Positions 28,995-39,297 are shown, numbered from the stretch's first letter. The stretch is DNA of 64,000 nt from Patescibacteria group bacterium (GCA_004322205.1 SCSN01000008.1:18370-82369), one strand, 5' to 3'. The notes: generated by a model from the sequence alone, not told the origin. Translations and numbers: made by a program.

Positions 28995-29966
28995 ATGGAC
29001 TTAGAGAAATACAAAAGAAATAAAAAGACAGCGTACTTGGCAGAGTCCTATGAAAAACTTCTTGGGGAGGAGAAGGAAATTCTGGCTTTGTCAGAAAGTG
29101 ATCCTTCGATGAGAACATTGGCGCAGGATGAGTTCAAGGGGATCGGCGCTCGGAAGAGTGAGCTGGTAGCACGGATGGAGGAGTATTTAGCTGAAGAAAA
29201 AAGGCAAGAAGAGTCTCCTCGCGCAATCATTCTTGAAATCCGCGCCGGCGTAGGCGGAGAGGAAGCAACGCTTTTTGCGGCTTTGCTGGCAGCGATGTAT
29301 GAAAAGTATGTTCTCTCCTGCGGCTGGAGCTGGAAGGTTATTAACCAGTCGAGAGGCGATTTGGGTGGTTACAAGGAAGCCGCGTTTGAAGTTGGGGGCG
29401 ATGGTGTTTACGATGAACTGCGCTTTGAGACCGGCGTGCACCGCGTTCAGCGCATTCCCAAAACTGAAAAGTCGGGGCGGATTCACACCTCAACTGCTTC
29501 GGTCGCGATTCTGCCGCTGCGTAAGCGTGCGCAGATTGAAATTAATCCAGCAGATCTGGAAATTGAGTTTTCGCGCTCCGGCGGCAAGGGCGGGCAGAAT
29601 GTTAACAAAGTAGAGACAGCAGTGCGCATTATCCACAAGCCGACGGGTATTGATGTCCGCTCAACTTCGGAGCGCAGCCAGAAAGCCAATCGCGACAAAG
29701 CTCTGGCGATTCTATCGGCTAAGCTTGAAGCGATTGAAGAGGAAAAAGAGCTGCGCTCACGGGTGGAAGAAAGGAGAACCCAGATTGGCACTGCTCTGCG
29801 TTCGGAAAAAATTCGGACGTATAATTTTCTCCAGGATCGCCTGACTGATCATCGCTTGAATGAATCGTGGCATAACTTGGAAGGCATTCTCGCCGGTAAC
29901 CTCGGTCCGGTGGTTGAAGCGTTTAAAGCAGCCACATCAGCTAAGAAATCTGTTGCGCGGCAGTAA
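28995..29966 (+). CDS. prfA: Peptide chain release factor 1
   Basis: HRVQRIPKT (PxT), GRIHTS, GGQNVNK, IRTYNF. Confidence 0.93.
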   Translation: MDLEKYKRNKKTAYLAESYEKLLGEEKEILALSESDPSMRTLAQDEFKGIGARKSELVARMEEYLAEEKRQEESPRAIILEIRAGVGGEEATLFAALLAAMYEKYVLSCGWSWKVINQSRGDLGGYKEAAFEVGGDGVYDELRFETGVHRVQRIPKTEKSGRIHTSTASVAILPLRKRAQIEINPADLEIEFSRSGGKGGQNVNKVETAVRIIHKPTGIDVRSTSERSQKANRDKALAILSAKLEAIEEEKELRSRVEERRTQIGTALRSEKIRTYNFLQDRLTDHRLNESWHNLEGILAGNLGPVVEAFKAATSAKKSVARQ

Positions 29967-29997
29967 CAGATCTGTTAGGATAATTTTCGCTTCTGCT

Positions 29998-30762
29998 ATG
30001 GCAGAACACAGCAAAAACGAGTCACAACTTATTGATAAGCTCTTCGCAGCAGGAGCACATTTTGGTTTGATCCGCTCCCGCCGCCATCCCTCTGTTAAAC
30101 CTTTTCTCTTTGGTATAAAAAATCGGGTGGAGATTTTCGACCTGGTGAAAACGAGCGAAGCCCTACTTACGGCAAAGAATTTTGTAAAGCAAATCGGAGC
30201 GTCCGGCGGGATTTTGCTTTTCGTCGGCGGCAAAACTGAAGCTAAAGATGCCATAAGGGGGGGCACCGGTTCGATCTCGATGCCATACGTTGCCGGCCGC
30301 TGGCTGGGCGGGACACTCACCAACTTTGCCGAAATTCGCAAACGCATCGCAAAGCTTGTGGAGCTTACAGCGCAGCGAGAGAGGGGAGAACTTGCCAAAT
30401 ACACCAAAAAAGAGCGCGTGCTCATTGACCGAGAGATTGACCGCCTTCAGGAATTTTTCTCCGGCCTTGTAACACTTACGGCGCTGCCAAAGGCGCTCTT
30501 TGTAGTTGATCCGAGGCGGGAAATAAATGCCGTCCGCGAAGCGCGGCATCTCAAGATTCCCATCGTGGCATTGGCGAGCTCCGATTGTAATGTTCACGAG
30601 GTTGATTATCCCGTGCCAGGCAACGACGCTTCGAAGGCAAGTATAGAGTTTGTTGTTAGCGAAATAGTCTCCGCTTTTGCGGAAGGAAGAAAGGCGGCGC
30701 CGGCGGCAGCGGCGGCGGAGAGTGGAGCGAGTGAGGCGGGGGAAGTTACATTAAGGCGATGA
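29998..30762 (+). CDS. rpsB: 30S ribosomal protein S2
   Basis: AGAHFG, RWLGGTLTNF, PGND. Confidence 0.96.
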   Translation: MAEHSKNESQLIDKLFAAGAHFGLIRSRRHPSVKPFLFGIKNRVEIFDLVKTSEALLTAKNFVKQIGASGGILLFVGGKTEAKDAIRGGTGSISMPYVAGRWLGGTLTNFAEIRKRIAKLVELTAQRERGELAKYTKKERVLIDREIDRLQEFFSGLVTLTALPKALFVVDPRREINAVREARHLKIPIVALASSDCNVHEVDYPVPGNDASKASIEFVVSEIVSAFAEGRKAAPAAAAAESGASEAGEVTLRR

Positions 30763-31343
30763 TTACTGCAGAACAAGTCAGGCAATTGCGCAGTAAAACC
30801 GGGCTTTCCGTTATGCAGTGCCGGAAGGCGCTTGAAGAAGCGGACGGTGATATGGAGAGAGCCGCTTTTCTCCTGCGGCAGAAAGGCGGGGAAGCTCTCA
30901 AGAATAAATCCGGGAGGGCGCTTTCGGCGGGTGTAGTTTCATCTTATATTCACAACACCGGCACTGTCGGGGCAATTGTTGAGCTTTTCTGCGAGACAGA
31001 TTTTGTGGCGAAGAATGAGGAATTTCGGGCGCTTGCCCACGATGTCGCTATGCAGGTGGCGGCGACCGATCCGCAGTTTTTGAATCTCGAGGACATAACG
31101 CCGGAAGTAAAAAAGTCTGTGGAGGAAATTTTTCTCCCGGAAGTTGGAGACATACCCCGGGATCTCAAGAAAAAAATCCTGGAAGAAAAACTTCGAGCGC
31201 ATCTCGGCGAGCGGACGCTAATGGAGCAGCCCTTTATCAAAAACCCGGAGCTTACGGTGAGCAGTCTAGTTGCCGGGGCGGTGCAGAAATTTGGCGAAAG
31301 AATTGAGATCAGGCGTTTTGCTCGTTTTTCAACTCAAGGCTAA
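30759..31343 (+). CDS. tsf: Elongation factor Ts (short form)
   Basis: VRQLRSKTG...CRKAL, CETDFVA. Confidence 0.95.
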   Translation: MITAEQVRQLRSKTGLSVMQCRKALEEADGDMERAAFLLRQKGGEALKNKSGRALSAGVVSSYIHNTGTVGAIVELFCETDFVAKNEEFRALAHDVAMQVAATDPQFLNLEDITPEVKKSVEEIFLPEVGDIPRDLKKKILEEKLRAHLGERTLMEQPFIKNPELTVSSLVAGAVQKFGERIEIRRFARFSTQG

Positions 31344-31344
31344 T

Positions 31345-31755
31345 ATGTTTCTCACTATAGTATTTTTCTTTTCCCTGGCGGGACTTGTGGTCCTTGTCGG
31401 TCTCAAGGTCTATGAGTTTAGGAGCGGCAGACGAGTAATCTCCCGCAGCTTACTTGCAAAGTGGAATGCGGTTCTTCACCGCGAGACGGCGCGCGGCCGC
31501 GGACGGCTTACTGTCGCCCGGGAGCGCGGCAGAGTCTTTCTCGTTCGTGAACTACCTAGGCACTCCGAAGCGCTCGTCGACATGCTGCGGCGTGAATTTG
31601 AGAGGGCATACCAGAAGTTTCTGGAGAAGGTACGGGGAAGCCGAGTGCTTCACTCAAACGGCAAAGTTTCCGACTTTTTGGAAAAAATCTCTGAAGAGAG
31701 AAAAAATGGGAAGAAGAATAATTCTAGCAATACCTCGAGCACAACACAAACCTAG
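31345..31755 (+). CDS. Hypothetical membrane protein
   Basis: N-terminal TM, basic body, adjacent to tsf. Confidence 0.7.
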   Translation: MFLTIVFFFSLAGLVVLVGLKVYEFRSGRRVISRSLLAKWNAVLHRETARGRGRLTVARERGRVFLVRELPRHSEALVDMLRREFERAYQKFLEKVRGSRVLHSNGKVSDFLEKISEERKNGKKNNSSNTSSTTQT

Positions 31756-31798
31756 CTTTTGAAATTTGCGGGCTTTGCGTTAGAATTCTTTCGGACTT

Positions 31799-31870
31799 GC
31801 CGCCTTAGCTCAATGGTAGAGCACTCGCTTTGTAAGCGAATGGTTCCCGGTTCAAGTCCGGGAGGCGGCT
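31799..31870 (+). tRNA. tRNA-Thr(TGT)
   Basis: GCCGCCT/AGGCGGC acceptor, TAGCTCAATGGTAGAGC D-arm, TGT anticodon, GGTTCAAGTCC; CCA not encoded. Confidence 0.95.
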
Positions 31871-31910
31871 CAAGAATTTGATTTTTATTTGCCCAGAGCT
31901 ATAATGTTAA

Positions 31911-32128
31911 ATGCAACGGTAATCGGAGAGATGCGACTATCTTCGGGAGTCTATAGCTGTTGCTTCTACGGGGGCGCCGGGCATCGCCTTATAAAGCTGC
32001 CTAATTCTCATAATCAGTGAAGGGTGGAGCCTGATCGTAGCCATCCGGAGAGAGAAGAGCGATCACCCACGATCGTCGCAATCGGTGGGCCGGGCGCTGG
32101 GTCTTGATGACCAGCGCCCTACTCTTTT
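31911..32128 (+). ncRNA. Candidate pseudoknot-rich ncRNA
   Basis: TATAAT at 31900-31905; three possible H-type pseudoknots; terminator-like hairpin 32092-32119. Confidence 0.45.
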
Positions 32129-32232
32129 GTTATAATTTGCCGAGTAGAAAAAGAGTCTGTACAGAAGAAGATTTCTGAAATTAAAACCGCTTCCAAGATT
32201 TGACTTTCGGGCAAGAAACAGAGGTAAAACCC

Positions 32233-32580
32233 ATGATGACTTCTAGAAAATTCCAGCGTACCAAGGAAGACTTCACCTGCGAGAGGTGCGGTTTCTTTGT
32301 ACGCGGGAGCGGCTACACCAATCACTGTCCGCAGTGTTTGTGGAGTAAGCACGTTGACGTGAATCCCGGCGACCGCGAGGCGCGATGTCAAGGACTCATG
32401 GAACCCGTAGGCGTGGAACTCAAGGGCGGAGAATACACCATTCTCCATCGCTGCGTCTCTTGCGGTTTTGAGAAGCGGAACAAGGCGGCGAAGGACGATA
32501 ACTTCACGCCATCCTTCAGCCAACCGCCGGAATTTTTGATAAGTAGGTTCCCCCCAGAGGCGGGCAGGCGAGCGCAGTGA
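32233..32580 (+). CDS. RNHCP-domain protein
   Basis: EDFTCERCG, TNHCPQCLWSKHVD, PGDR, HRCVSCG. Confidence 0.88.
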   Translation: MMTSRKFQRTKEDFTCERCGFFVRGSGYTNHCPQCLWSKHVDVNPGDREARCQGLMEPVGVELKGGEYTILHRCVSCGFEKRNKAAKDDNFTPSFSQPPEFLISRFPPEAGRRAQ

Positions 32581-32648
32581 TAAAGATACTCCACGATTAG
32601 ACTTTCGGACAGAGCACCCACTTTTTGACTAACAAAAACGCTAAGTCT

Positions 32649-32672
32649 TAATGTATCATATATGATACATTA
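32649..32672. repeat. TATCATATATGATA-core palindrome, copy 3 (perfect, 24 bp)
   Basis: TAATGTATCATATATGATACATTA. Confidence 0.7.
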
Positions 32673-32726
32673 GGGAGTGTTATGTCAGCGACACGGAGTG
32701 TTATAATTTGCTGATATAATTGGGTT

Positions 32727-33869
32727 ATGGAAAGATTCCCAAAGGGTTTTCTGTGGGGCAGTGCGACTTCTTCCTATCAAGTTGAAGGGGGGATTGAGAA
32801 TAACGATTGGGCGGAAGCGGCTAGGGAGGGAAAGGTGCCGGTCTGCGGCAGGGCAACTGACCACTACAATCGCTACGAGAGCGATTTTGATATTGCTAAA
32901 TCTTTGGGACAAAATGCCCATCGCTTATCAATAGAGTGGGCGAGGATTGAGCCGGAAGAAGGGCGTTTTGACGAGCGCGAAATCGAACATTATAGAAAAG
33001 TCCTGCGGTCGCTTCGTGCGCGCAACCTTGAGCCATTTGTGACACTTTGGCACTTCACCTTACCCCTTTGGTTTTCAAAAAAGGGGGGATTTCAAAATTT
33101 TGATGCTCCGAAACTATTCGCACGGTATTGCAGTTATGTCGTAGAAAAACTAGGTAGCGAAGCACAATACTGGATTACAATAAACGAACCACTTGTTTGG
33201 GCGTCAGTTGGTTACAGGACAGGAAAATGGCCGCCGTTTAAAAAAAATATTTTTTCATTCATTTTCATAATCAACCAACTTGTCAAAGCCCACAGTTTAT
33301 CTTACGAAAGAATGAAAAAGGCCTCGCTCAATGTATTGGTGGGAATCGCCAAAAACAATATTCATTTCGATTCAAATATCTTGCCTTGGAATACGCTGCT
33401 TTATTTTCTAGCGAATTGGTTCTGGAATGAGAGATTCTTAAATAAAATTAAGAATTATCAAGATTTTATTGGCTTAAACTATTATTTTCATAAGAAGTTT
33501 GGGGTGAAAGAAAAACTAGAAAGAACCGATATGGGATGGTGTGTATTTCCGCAAGGTCTATACCGTCTTTTGGTAGATTTAAAGAAGTATGGCAAACCGA
33601 TTTATATTACGGAAAGCGGAATAGCTGACGCCAACGACAGTAAAAGAGCGAATTTTATTCGTGATCATGTTGTATTTGTTAAGAAAGCCATAGACGAAGG
33701 TGCGGATGTCCGTGGTTACTTCTACTGGTCGCTACTTGATAACTACGAGTGGGCGTCCGGCTTTAAAGAGAGGTTTGGGCTGGTTGAAGTAAATTACGAG
33801 ACTCTGGAAAGGAAGATAAGACCATCTGCTTTTATCTACAAGAAAATAGCGGAAAGTAGTCTATTATAA
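32727..33869 (+). CDS. Glycoside hydrolase family 1 (beta-glucosidase-like)
   Basis: FPKGFLWGSATSSYQVEG, INEP, ITESG, DNYEW. Confidence 0.94.
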   Translation: MERFPKGFLWGSATSSYQVEGGIENNDWAEAAREGKVPVCGRATDHYNRYESDFDIAKSLGQNAHRLSIEWARIEPEEGRFDEREIEHYRKVLRSLRARNLEPFVTLWHFTLPLWFSKKGGFQNFDAPKLFARYCSYVVEKLGSEAQYWITINEPLVWASVGYRTGKWPPFKKNIFSFIFIINQLVKAHSLSYERMKKASLNVLVGIAKNNIHFDSNILPWNTLLYFLANWFWNERFLNKIKNYQDFIGLNYYFHKKFGVKEKLERTDMGWCVFPQGLYRLLVDLKKYGKPIYITESGIADANDSKRANFIRDHVVFVKKAIDEGADVRGYFYWSLLDNYEWASGFKERFGLVEVNYETLERKIRPSAFIYKKIAESSLL

Positions 33870-33874
33870 TATAA

Positions 33875-34771
33875 ATGTCACCACATTTACTGTCGATTGT
33901 GTTTGTATTTTTTGGTCAGTTTCTGAATGCTTCGGTTGTTTTGATTGACAAGTACATAGTTACCCGCACCGACGTGTCTCATCCTCGCGTCTATGCATTC
34001 TATGTGGGTATGATTTCCGGAGTGGTGATTTTCCTCCTCCCGTTTGGGGCGGTTCGCGCGCCTGACCTTTACACCGTGGTGATGTCACTTATTATCGGTC
34101 TTGTTTTTATCTCTTCTATCGTTTTTCTTTTTTCAGCATTGAAACATGCTAATGCTACTGATGTGGTTGCTTGGCTTGCCGCAGTTTCCACTCTGACAAC
34201 ATTTGTGGCCGGTTCCTTGGTTCTCAGTGAAAATCTGCCGAAGCTGTTTCCCGTTGTGCTAATCTTTTTTATTATCGGGATGATTCTTGTCGGACATTTC
34301 CGTTTCCACGCAAGGTCGTTTGTTTTTGTTGTTTTTTCCGGCATTTTGTTTGGACTCTCCGTCGTGTTTGTAAAGATGCTCTTTAATCACACCGACTTCG
34401 TCAATGGATTTTTCTGGTCGAGAATGGGTAATGTCGTCGGAGCAGTTTCTCTCCTTCTTGTCTCGGAGGTTCGACAGTCGGTATTTCAAACCTCAAGAGC
34501 GATTTCTCGGAAGACAAGCTCACTGATAATTTTCAACAGAGTGCTAAGCGGAGCGGCTTTCCTCTCTATTCTTTATGCCATTCGTCTCGGCTCGGCTTCG
34601 ATTGTAAATGCTCTGTCGTCACTCCAATTCGTATTCGTTTTCCTTATGGTTTTTCTCCTTAGAAAAAAGTTGGCGCATCTTTATGAGCATGAATTCCGTC
34701 ATGGTCATATTTTGCACAAGGTCTTGGCCATGATCTTCATTGCCGCCGGTTTTCTCGCACTCTTTCTATGA
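33875..34771 (+). CDS. EamA/DMT family transporter
   Basis: ~10 TM segments in two repeats. Confidence 0.8.
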   Translation: MSPHLLSIVFVFFGQFLNASVVLIDKYIVTRTDVSHPRVYAFYVGMISGVVIFLLPFGAVRAPDLYTVVMSLIIGLVFISSIVFLFSALKHANATDVVAWLAAVSTLTTFVAGSLVLSENLPKLFPVVLIFFIIGMILVGHFRFHARSFVFVVFSGILFGLSVVFVKMLFNHTDFVNGFFWSRMGNVVGAVSLLLVSEVRQSVFQTSRAISRKTSSLIIFNRVLSGAAFLSILYAIRLGSASIVNALSSLQFVFVFLMVFLLRKKLAHLYEHEFRHGHILHKVLAMIFIAAGFLALFL

Positions 34772-35772
34772 AGGTTTTTAAAAAAATTTTAAAAGTCTCT
34801 ATTTTTGTTTTTTTAACACTCCTGGCTCTTCTCCTTGTTTTATCTGTTCGAAAAAACCCTGAAACCATTTTCTACGGCGCTTCGTTTAGCAAACTACGGT
34901 CTGACGAGCTTGGACTTGATTGGGAAAAAGTATATATGGCGGTTCTTGACGATTTAGGAGTGAGAAAGTTGCGTCTTTCGGCGCATTGGCCAATGGTTGA
35001 ACCGGAGAGAGACAACTTTAATTTCTCGGAATTGGATTTTCAGATCAGAGAGGCGGAAAAAAGAGAGGTGGGGGTTATCCTCTCTATTGGTAGGAGACTG
35101 CCCGACTGGCCAGAGTGTCATGTCCCGGGGTGGGCTAAGAGTCTATCTTGGGAAGAGCAGAAAGAGAGAATTCTGCTCGTAATTGAAAAGTTAGTTACTC
35201 GATATAAGAATTATGAGAACTTGCAATACTGGCAGGTCGAAAACGAGCCGTTCCTTGAAATTTTTGCCAAAGAGCACTGCGGTGATCTCGATCAGGATTT
35301 TCTAAAAAAAGAGATTGATCTCGTAAAACGTCTTGACCCAAAGCATCCTATACTTGTGACTGACAGTGGTAACCTTGGATTATGGTACGGAGCTTGGAGA
35401 TCTGGCGACGCCTTCGGAACAAGTGTTTATATGTATCTTTGGAACCCGGAACTGGGTCAGATTAAAAGTGTATATCTCCCTTCTTTCTATAAGTTAAAAA
35501 CCAATCTCATGACGCTTCTTTTTGGCAAAAAGGAAAGTCTTCTGATTGAACTGTCTCTAGAACCGTGGCTTATTGCGCCAGCGCTCGACAATCCGATTGA
35601 AGTTCAAATTGACAGGATGAGTCTAGATAAATTCGAGGAGGTTATTGTCTTTGCCCGCAAAACCGGTTTTGTCGAGCAGTATCTCTGGGGCGCGGAATGG
35701 TGGTATTGGATGAAAGGTCGCGGACATGGGGAATATTGGGAGAGAGCAAAAATTTTATTTCAGAGCCAATAA
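34768..35772 (+). CDS. Membrane-anchored clan GH-A glycoside hydrolase (beta-galactosidase-like)
   Basis: W..VEP, WPECHVPGW, WQVENEP, TDSG. Confidence 0.8.
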   Translation: MKVFKKILKVSIFVFLTLLALLLVLSVRKNPETIFYGASFSKLRSDELGLDWEKVYMAVLDDLGVRKLRLSAHWPMVEPERDNFNFSELDFQIREAEKREVGVILSIGRRLPDWPECHVPGWAKSLSWEEQKERILLVIEKLVTRYKNYENLQYWQVENEPFLEIFAKEHCGDLDQDFLKKEIDLVKRLDPKHPILVTDSGNLGLWYGAWRSGDAFGTSVYMYLWNPELGQIKSVYLPSFYKLKTNLMTLLFGKKESLLIELSLEPWLIAPALDNPIEVQIDRMSLDKFEEVIVFARKTGFVEQYLWGAEWWYWMKGRGHGEYWERAKILFQSQ

Positions 35773-35844
35773 CGTCTTATGGTCTGACTGGCAGAGAGCA
35801 CAAACTTTTGCTAGATTGAGTTCCTTAAACTTTTCACTGTAAGA

Positions 35845-37377
35845 ATGAGTTATAAATTAACCCCTTACTTCAAGGTTGGCCGCGCCTCGGATCTGCAAGG
35901 AAAAGACAGGGTTCTTTACCGTGCGCTGGAAATACTCCCCGGTTTCTTGTCATGGACTACCCTGATAACGGCTGTTCTACTTTCAATTTTCGCACCCGTG
36001 ACGGCGGCGTATTTTATTATTGCGCTGGACGTCTATTGGCTGCTGAAGACTGCTTACCTGTCGCTTCATTTGAGACACAACTGGAAACGGATACGCTATA
36101 ACCTATCGGTTAATTGGTCGGAGATGCTCTCCAAGATGAAGTACGAACATATTTTTCATCTTGTGATCCTGCCTTACTACAAGGAAGATTTAGCTGTTGT
36201 GGAGCAGAGCATCAGGTCTCTTCTTGAGACCGAATACGACAAAAAGAAAATGGCAGTTGTGCTGGCGGTTGAAGAAAGAGCAGGAGAGAAAGCGATAGAG
36301 ATCGGCAAGGCTATTGAAGGGCGATACGCGAAAAAGTTCGGTCATTTTCTGGTCACTGTTCACCCAGCCGATGTTCCCGGTGAGATGGCTGGCAAGGGCT
36401 CAAATATCTCATATGCGGCCGAGGAAGCGAGGAAAAAAATACTTGATCCGAGCCGCATTCCCTATAAAGATGTAATTGTTTCCGCTTTTGATGTGGACAC
36501 TGTGGCTTACGAGCAATATTTCTTGTGTTTGACTTGGCATTTTCTCACCTCAGCCGACCCATACAAGGTGTCGTTTCAACCTGTTCCTTTTTACAACAAC
36601 AACATCTGGCAGGCGCCAGCAATTTCGCGGGTGGCGGCCGGCTCAAGTACTTTCTGGCAAATGATGCAGCAGGAGAGGCCGGAGAAGCTTGCCACCTTCT
36701 CTTCTCATTCAGTAAGTTTTCAGTCGCTTTATGAAGTTGGTTATTGGCAGAAAAATATGGTTTCAGAAGATTCGCGCATTTTCTGGAATCTCTTTGTTGC
36801 TCGAAGCGGCGATTATTCCGTCGTGCCTCTTTCTTACCCGGTTTCGATGGATGCCAATCTTGCTCCTTCGTTGTGGCAGACGATGAAAAATATTTACCGC
36901 CAGCAGCGGCGTTGGACTTGGGGAGTTGAGAATATTCCCTATATTCTTTTCGCCTTTATAAAAAACAAGGCTATTCCTTTTTGTACCAGACTGAGAGTCG
37001 CGTTTGTACAGATGGAAGGTTTTTGGTCATTGGCTACAAATCCGATCATGATATTTTTGCTCGGTTGGTTGCCGGTAATTCTCGGAGGGGAGCGTTTTAA
37101 TAAAACAATTCTTTCGTATAATCTGCCGGTTTTGACTAGGAATATAATGATTGTGGCTATGTTGGGACTGGTTCTTTCTTCCGTTATCTTCATTTCATTT
37201 CTGCCGGAACGACCGAAGGAGAGGGGGAAATTAGCAAAATTGTCTATGGTACTGCAATGGATTCTCATTCCCTTTACCATAGTAGTTTTTGGAGCAATAC
37301 CCGGGCTTGATGCTCAAACACGGCTTATGTTTGGGAAATACCTTGGTTTTTGGGTAACACCTAAGCATAGGAAATGA
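35845..37377 (+). CDS. Processive GT2 family glycosyltransferase (integral membrane)
   Basis: GKGSN, FDVD, SED, QQRRW motifs with flanking TMs. Confidence 0.88.
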   Translation: MSYKLTPYFKVGRASDLQGKDRVLYRALEILPGFLSWTTLITAVLLSIFAPVTAAYFIIALDVYWLLKTAYLSLHLRHNWKRIRYNLSVNWSEMLSKMKYEHIFHLVILPYYKEDLAVVEQSIRSLLETEYDKKKMAVVLAVEERAGEKAIEIGKAIEGRYAKKFGHFLVTVHPADVPGEMAGKGSNISYAAEEARKKILDPSRIPYKDVIVSAFDVDTVAYEQYFLCLTWHFLTSADPYKVSFQPVPFYNNNIWQAPAISRVAAGSSTFWQMMQQERPEKLATFSSHSVSFQSLYEVGYWQKNMVSEDSRIFWNLFVARSGDYSVVPLSYPVSMDANLAPSLWQTMKNIYRQQRRWTWGVENIPYILFAFIKNKAIPFCTRLRVAFVQMEGFWSLATNPIMIFLLGWLPVILGGERFNKTILSYNLPVLTRNIMIVAMLGLVLSSVIFISFLPERPKERGKLAKLSMVLQWILIPFTIVVFGAIPGLDAQTRLMFGKYLGFWVTPKHRK

Positions 37378-37508
37378 ATCCCGTTAGAAGCTGCGAAAAT
37401 CGGACTTATAATAATATGTCAATGATGGTTCGATACAATCGAAAGAGGAATAATAATCTTAAAACTTCAAGCAGAAACAGCCAGTCCGTTTCCTGCTTCT
37501 AACGGGAT
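37378..37508. mobile_element. MITE-like element with 14-bp perfect TIR (copy 2)
   Basis: ATCCCGTTAGAAGC...GCTTCTAACGGGAT fills the whole intergenic space. Confidence 0.65.
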
Positions 37509-38394
37509 GAAACCCCTCTCTCGCACAAAAAGACGCATCTACCTGATTTTTTTCGCATTAGTGTTCGTTGTGTCTTTGCCGTTGGTGATTTTGTATGCCA
37601 GAGGTTACCGCCTAACGCTCTCGGAGGCTCTTAAGTTCGGCAGAACGGGCGGCTTTTATATTGCCGCAACGCAATCCGGGGCGGAGATTTACATCGATAG
37701 CAAACTTGTTAAAAAGACGGGCATTTTTCAAAAGAATGTTCTGGTGCAGAACCTAAAACCCGGCTCATATGACATCAAGGTTGTCAAAGACGGCTTCCAC
37801 ACTTGGACAAAGACACTTTCTGTTTTTTCGGAGACAGTAACTGAAGCTCATCCATTTATGCTTCCGGAAAATCCTGAGCTCGTTGAAGTACCGCCGTATT
37901 TGTCTGATTCCGGCATGCCGACATCAACCCCACCCAAAGCTTCGCTGATAAACACTCTGAGAAATCCAGAGTATATTCAAGCAGCAGCTTTGTTTTCCGT
38001 CGCTTCAAGTAAGGAGACTGCCTTAAAGAGCGGAACTTCCACTGAAATTCTTGGGATTCAGAGGAAACTCTCCGTTGAAAATCGAGACGGCAGACTTTAT
38101 ATCGAGTGGTTGGGCAAGTCTGCTGACATTCCAAGCTATTTCTGCCAGTACGAGCAATGCAAGTCGTCAATTACACTTGCCGGTCTTTCGGCGGTAAAAG
38201 TTTTTGATTTCTATCCCGGCCGTGGGGATCTGTTGATTATCGCTGTGTCGGATGGTATTTACGTGGCTGAAATGGACGACCGTTCAGCACAAAACATTCA
38301 ACCTCTGTTTCCGGGCAAGAATCTTGATTTTCGGATCGACGGAGACGTTATTTTCATAAAACAAGCGAAACGAATGTATTTTCTCTCTCTTTAG
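37507..38394 (+). CDS. PEGA-domain membrane-anchored protein
   Basis: TM + YARGYR, GAEIYID, LKPGSYDIKVVKDGFHTW. Confidence 0.82.
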   Translation: MKPLSRTKRRIYLIFFALVFVVSLPLVILYARGYRLTLSEALKFGRTGGFYIAATQSGAEIYIDSKLVKKTGIFQKNVLVQNLKPGSYDIKVVKDGFHTWTKTLSVFSETVTEAHPFMLPENPELVEVPPYLSDSGMPTSTPPKASLINTLRNPEYIQAAALFSVASSKETALKSGTSTEILGIQRKLSVENRDGRLYIEWLGKSADIPSYFCQYEQCKSSITLAGLSAVKVFDFYPGRGDLLIIAVSDGIYVAEMDDRSAQNIQPLFPGKNLDFRIDGDVIFIKQAKRMYFLSL

Positions 38395-38436
38395 GGGTGA
38401 CTGGGGCATAGACGGAGTTTCAGATATAATGTGGTT

Positions 38437-39297
38437 ATGAATAATAAAGAACAGGTGCACCCCCATCCTCTCACTCAGGTTATTCAAGAAACAAGCGATA
38501 TTTTCCGAGAGATGGGGTTTGCCGTTGCCGACGGGCCGGAAATCGAAACGGAGTATTATAACTTTGATGCTCTCAATATTCCTGCCCACCACCCGGCGCG
38601 TGACTTGTGGGATACGTTTTGGTTAAAGACCAACGACCAACAACCCACAACTACCAACAAAGATAAAGATAAATCCGGTTGTCAGTCATCGGTTGTTAGT
38701 GGTGAGTTGCTTAGGACTCACACTTCTCCTGTGCAAGTGAGATATGTTGAAACGCATAAGCCGCCGATTCGGATAATTGTTCCCGGTAAGGTCTATCGCC
38801 ATGAGGCAACTGACGCGGCTCATGAAGCTCAATTTTTCCAGCTCGAGGGTCTTATGATCGAAGAAGAAGTTTCTATTGCTAACCTCAAATACGTTTTAAA
38901 TCAATATTTTGAAAAACTTTTTGAAACAAAAACTGAAGTCAGATTCCGACCAAGCTATTTTCCATTCACCGAACCAAGTGTTGAGGTGGACACGAGCTGT
39001 TTTAATTGTAGCGGCGAGGGATTAATACTAATGGGCACAAAAGGCAAAATTGTAGGTGAAAGAAAAACTCGGACAGACTACAAAGTCTGTTCGGTGTGTA
39101 AGGGTTCTGGCTGGCTTGAAATTATGGGAGCCGGGATGGTTCATCCGAAGGTCCTGCAGGCTATGAAAATTAACCCCCGCAGATACCGCGGTTTTGCCTT
39201 CGGCGGCGGCATAGACCGTCTGGCAATGCTTAAATACGGCATTGACGATATCCGACTGTTTTATACGGCTGACCTTCGGGTTATAAATCAATTCTGA
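38437..39297 (+). CDS. pheS: Phenylalanine-tRNA ligase alpha subunit (lacks N-terminal coiled coil)
   Basis: [37 protein letters not shown]. Confidence 0.95.
   Translation: MNNKEQVHPHPLTQVIQETSDIFREMGFAVADGPEIETEYYNFDALNIPAHHPARDLWDTFWLKTNDQQPTTTNKDKDKSGCQSSVVSGELLRTHTSPVQVRYVETHKPPIRIIVPGKVYRHEATDAAHEAQFFQLEGLMIEEEVSIANLKYVLNQYFEKLFETKTEVRFRPSYFPFTEPSVEVDTSCFNCSGEGLILMGTKGKIVGERKTRTDYKVCSVCKGSGWLEIMGAGMVHPKVLQAMKINPRRYRGFAFGGGIDRLAMLKYGIDDIRLFYTADLRVINQF

Noticed and set aside
31970-32004. tmRNA (GGGGGCG start and a frame ending YKAA*)
   Set aside because: No T-arm/CCA acceptor end, no recognisable resume context, and the region is too short.
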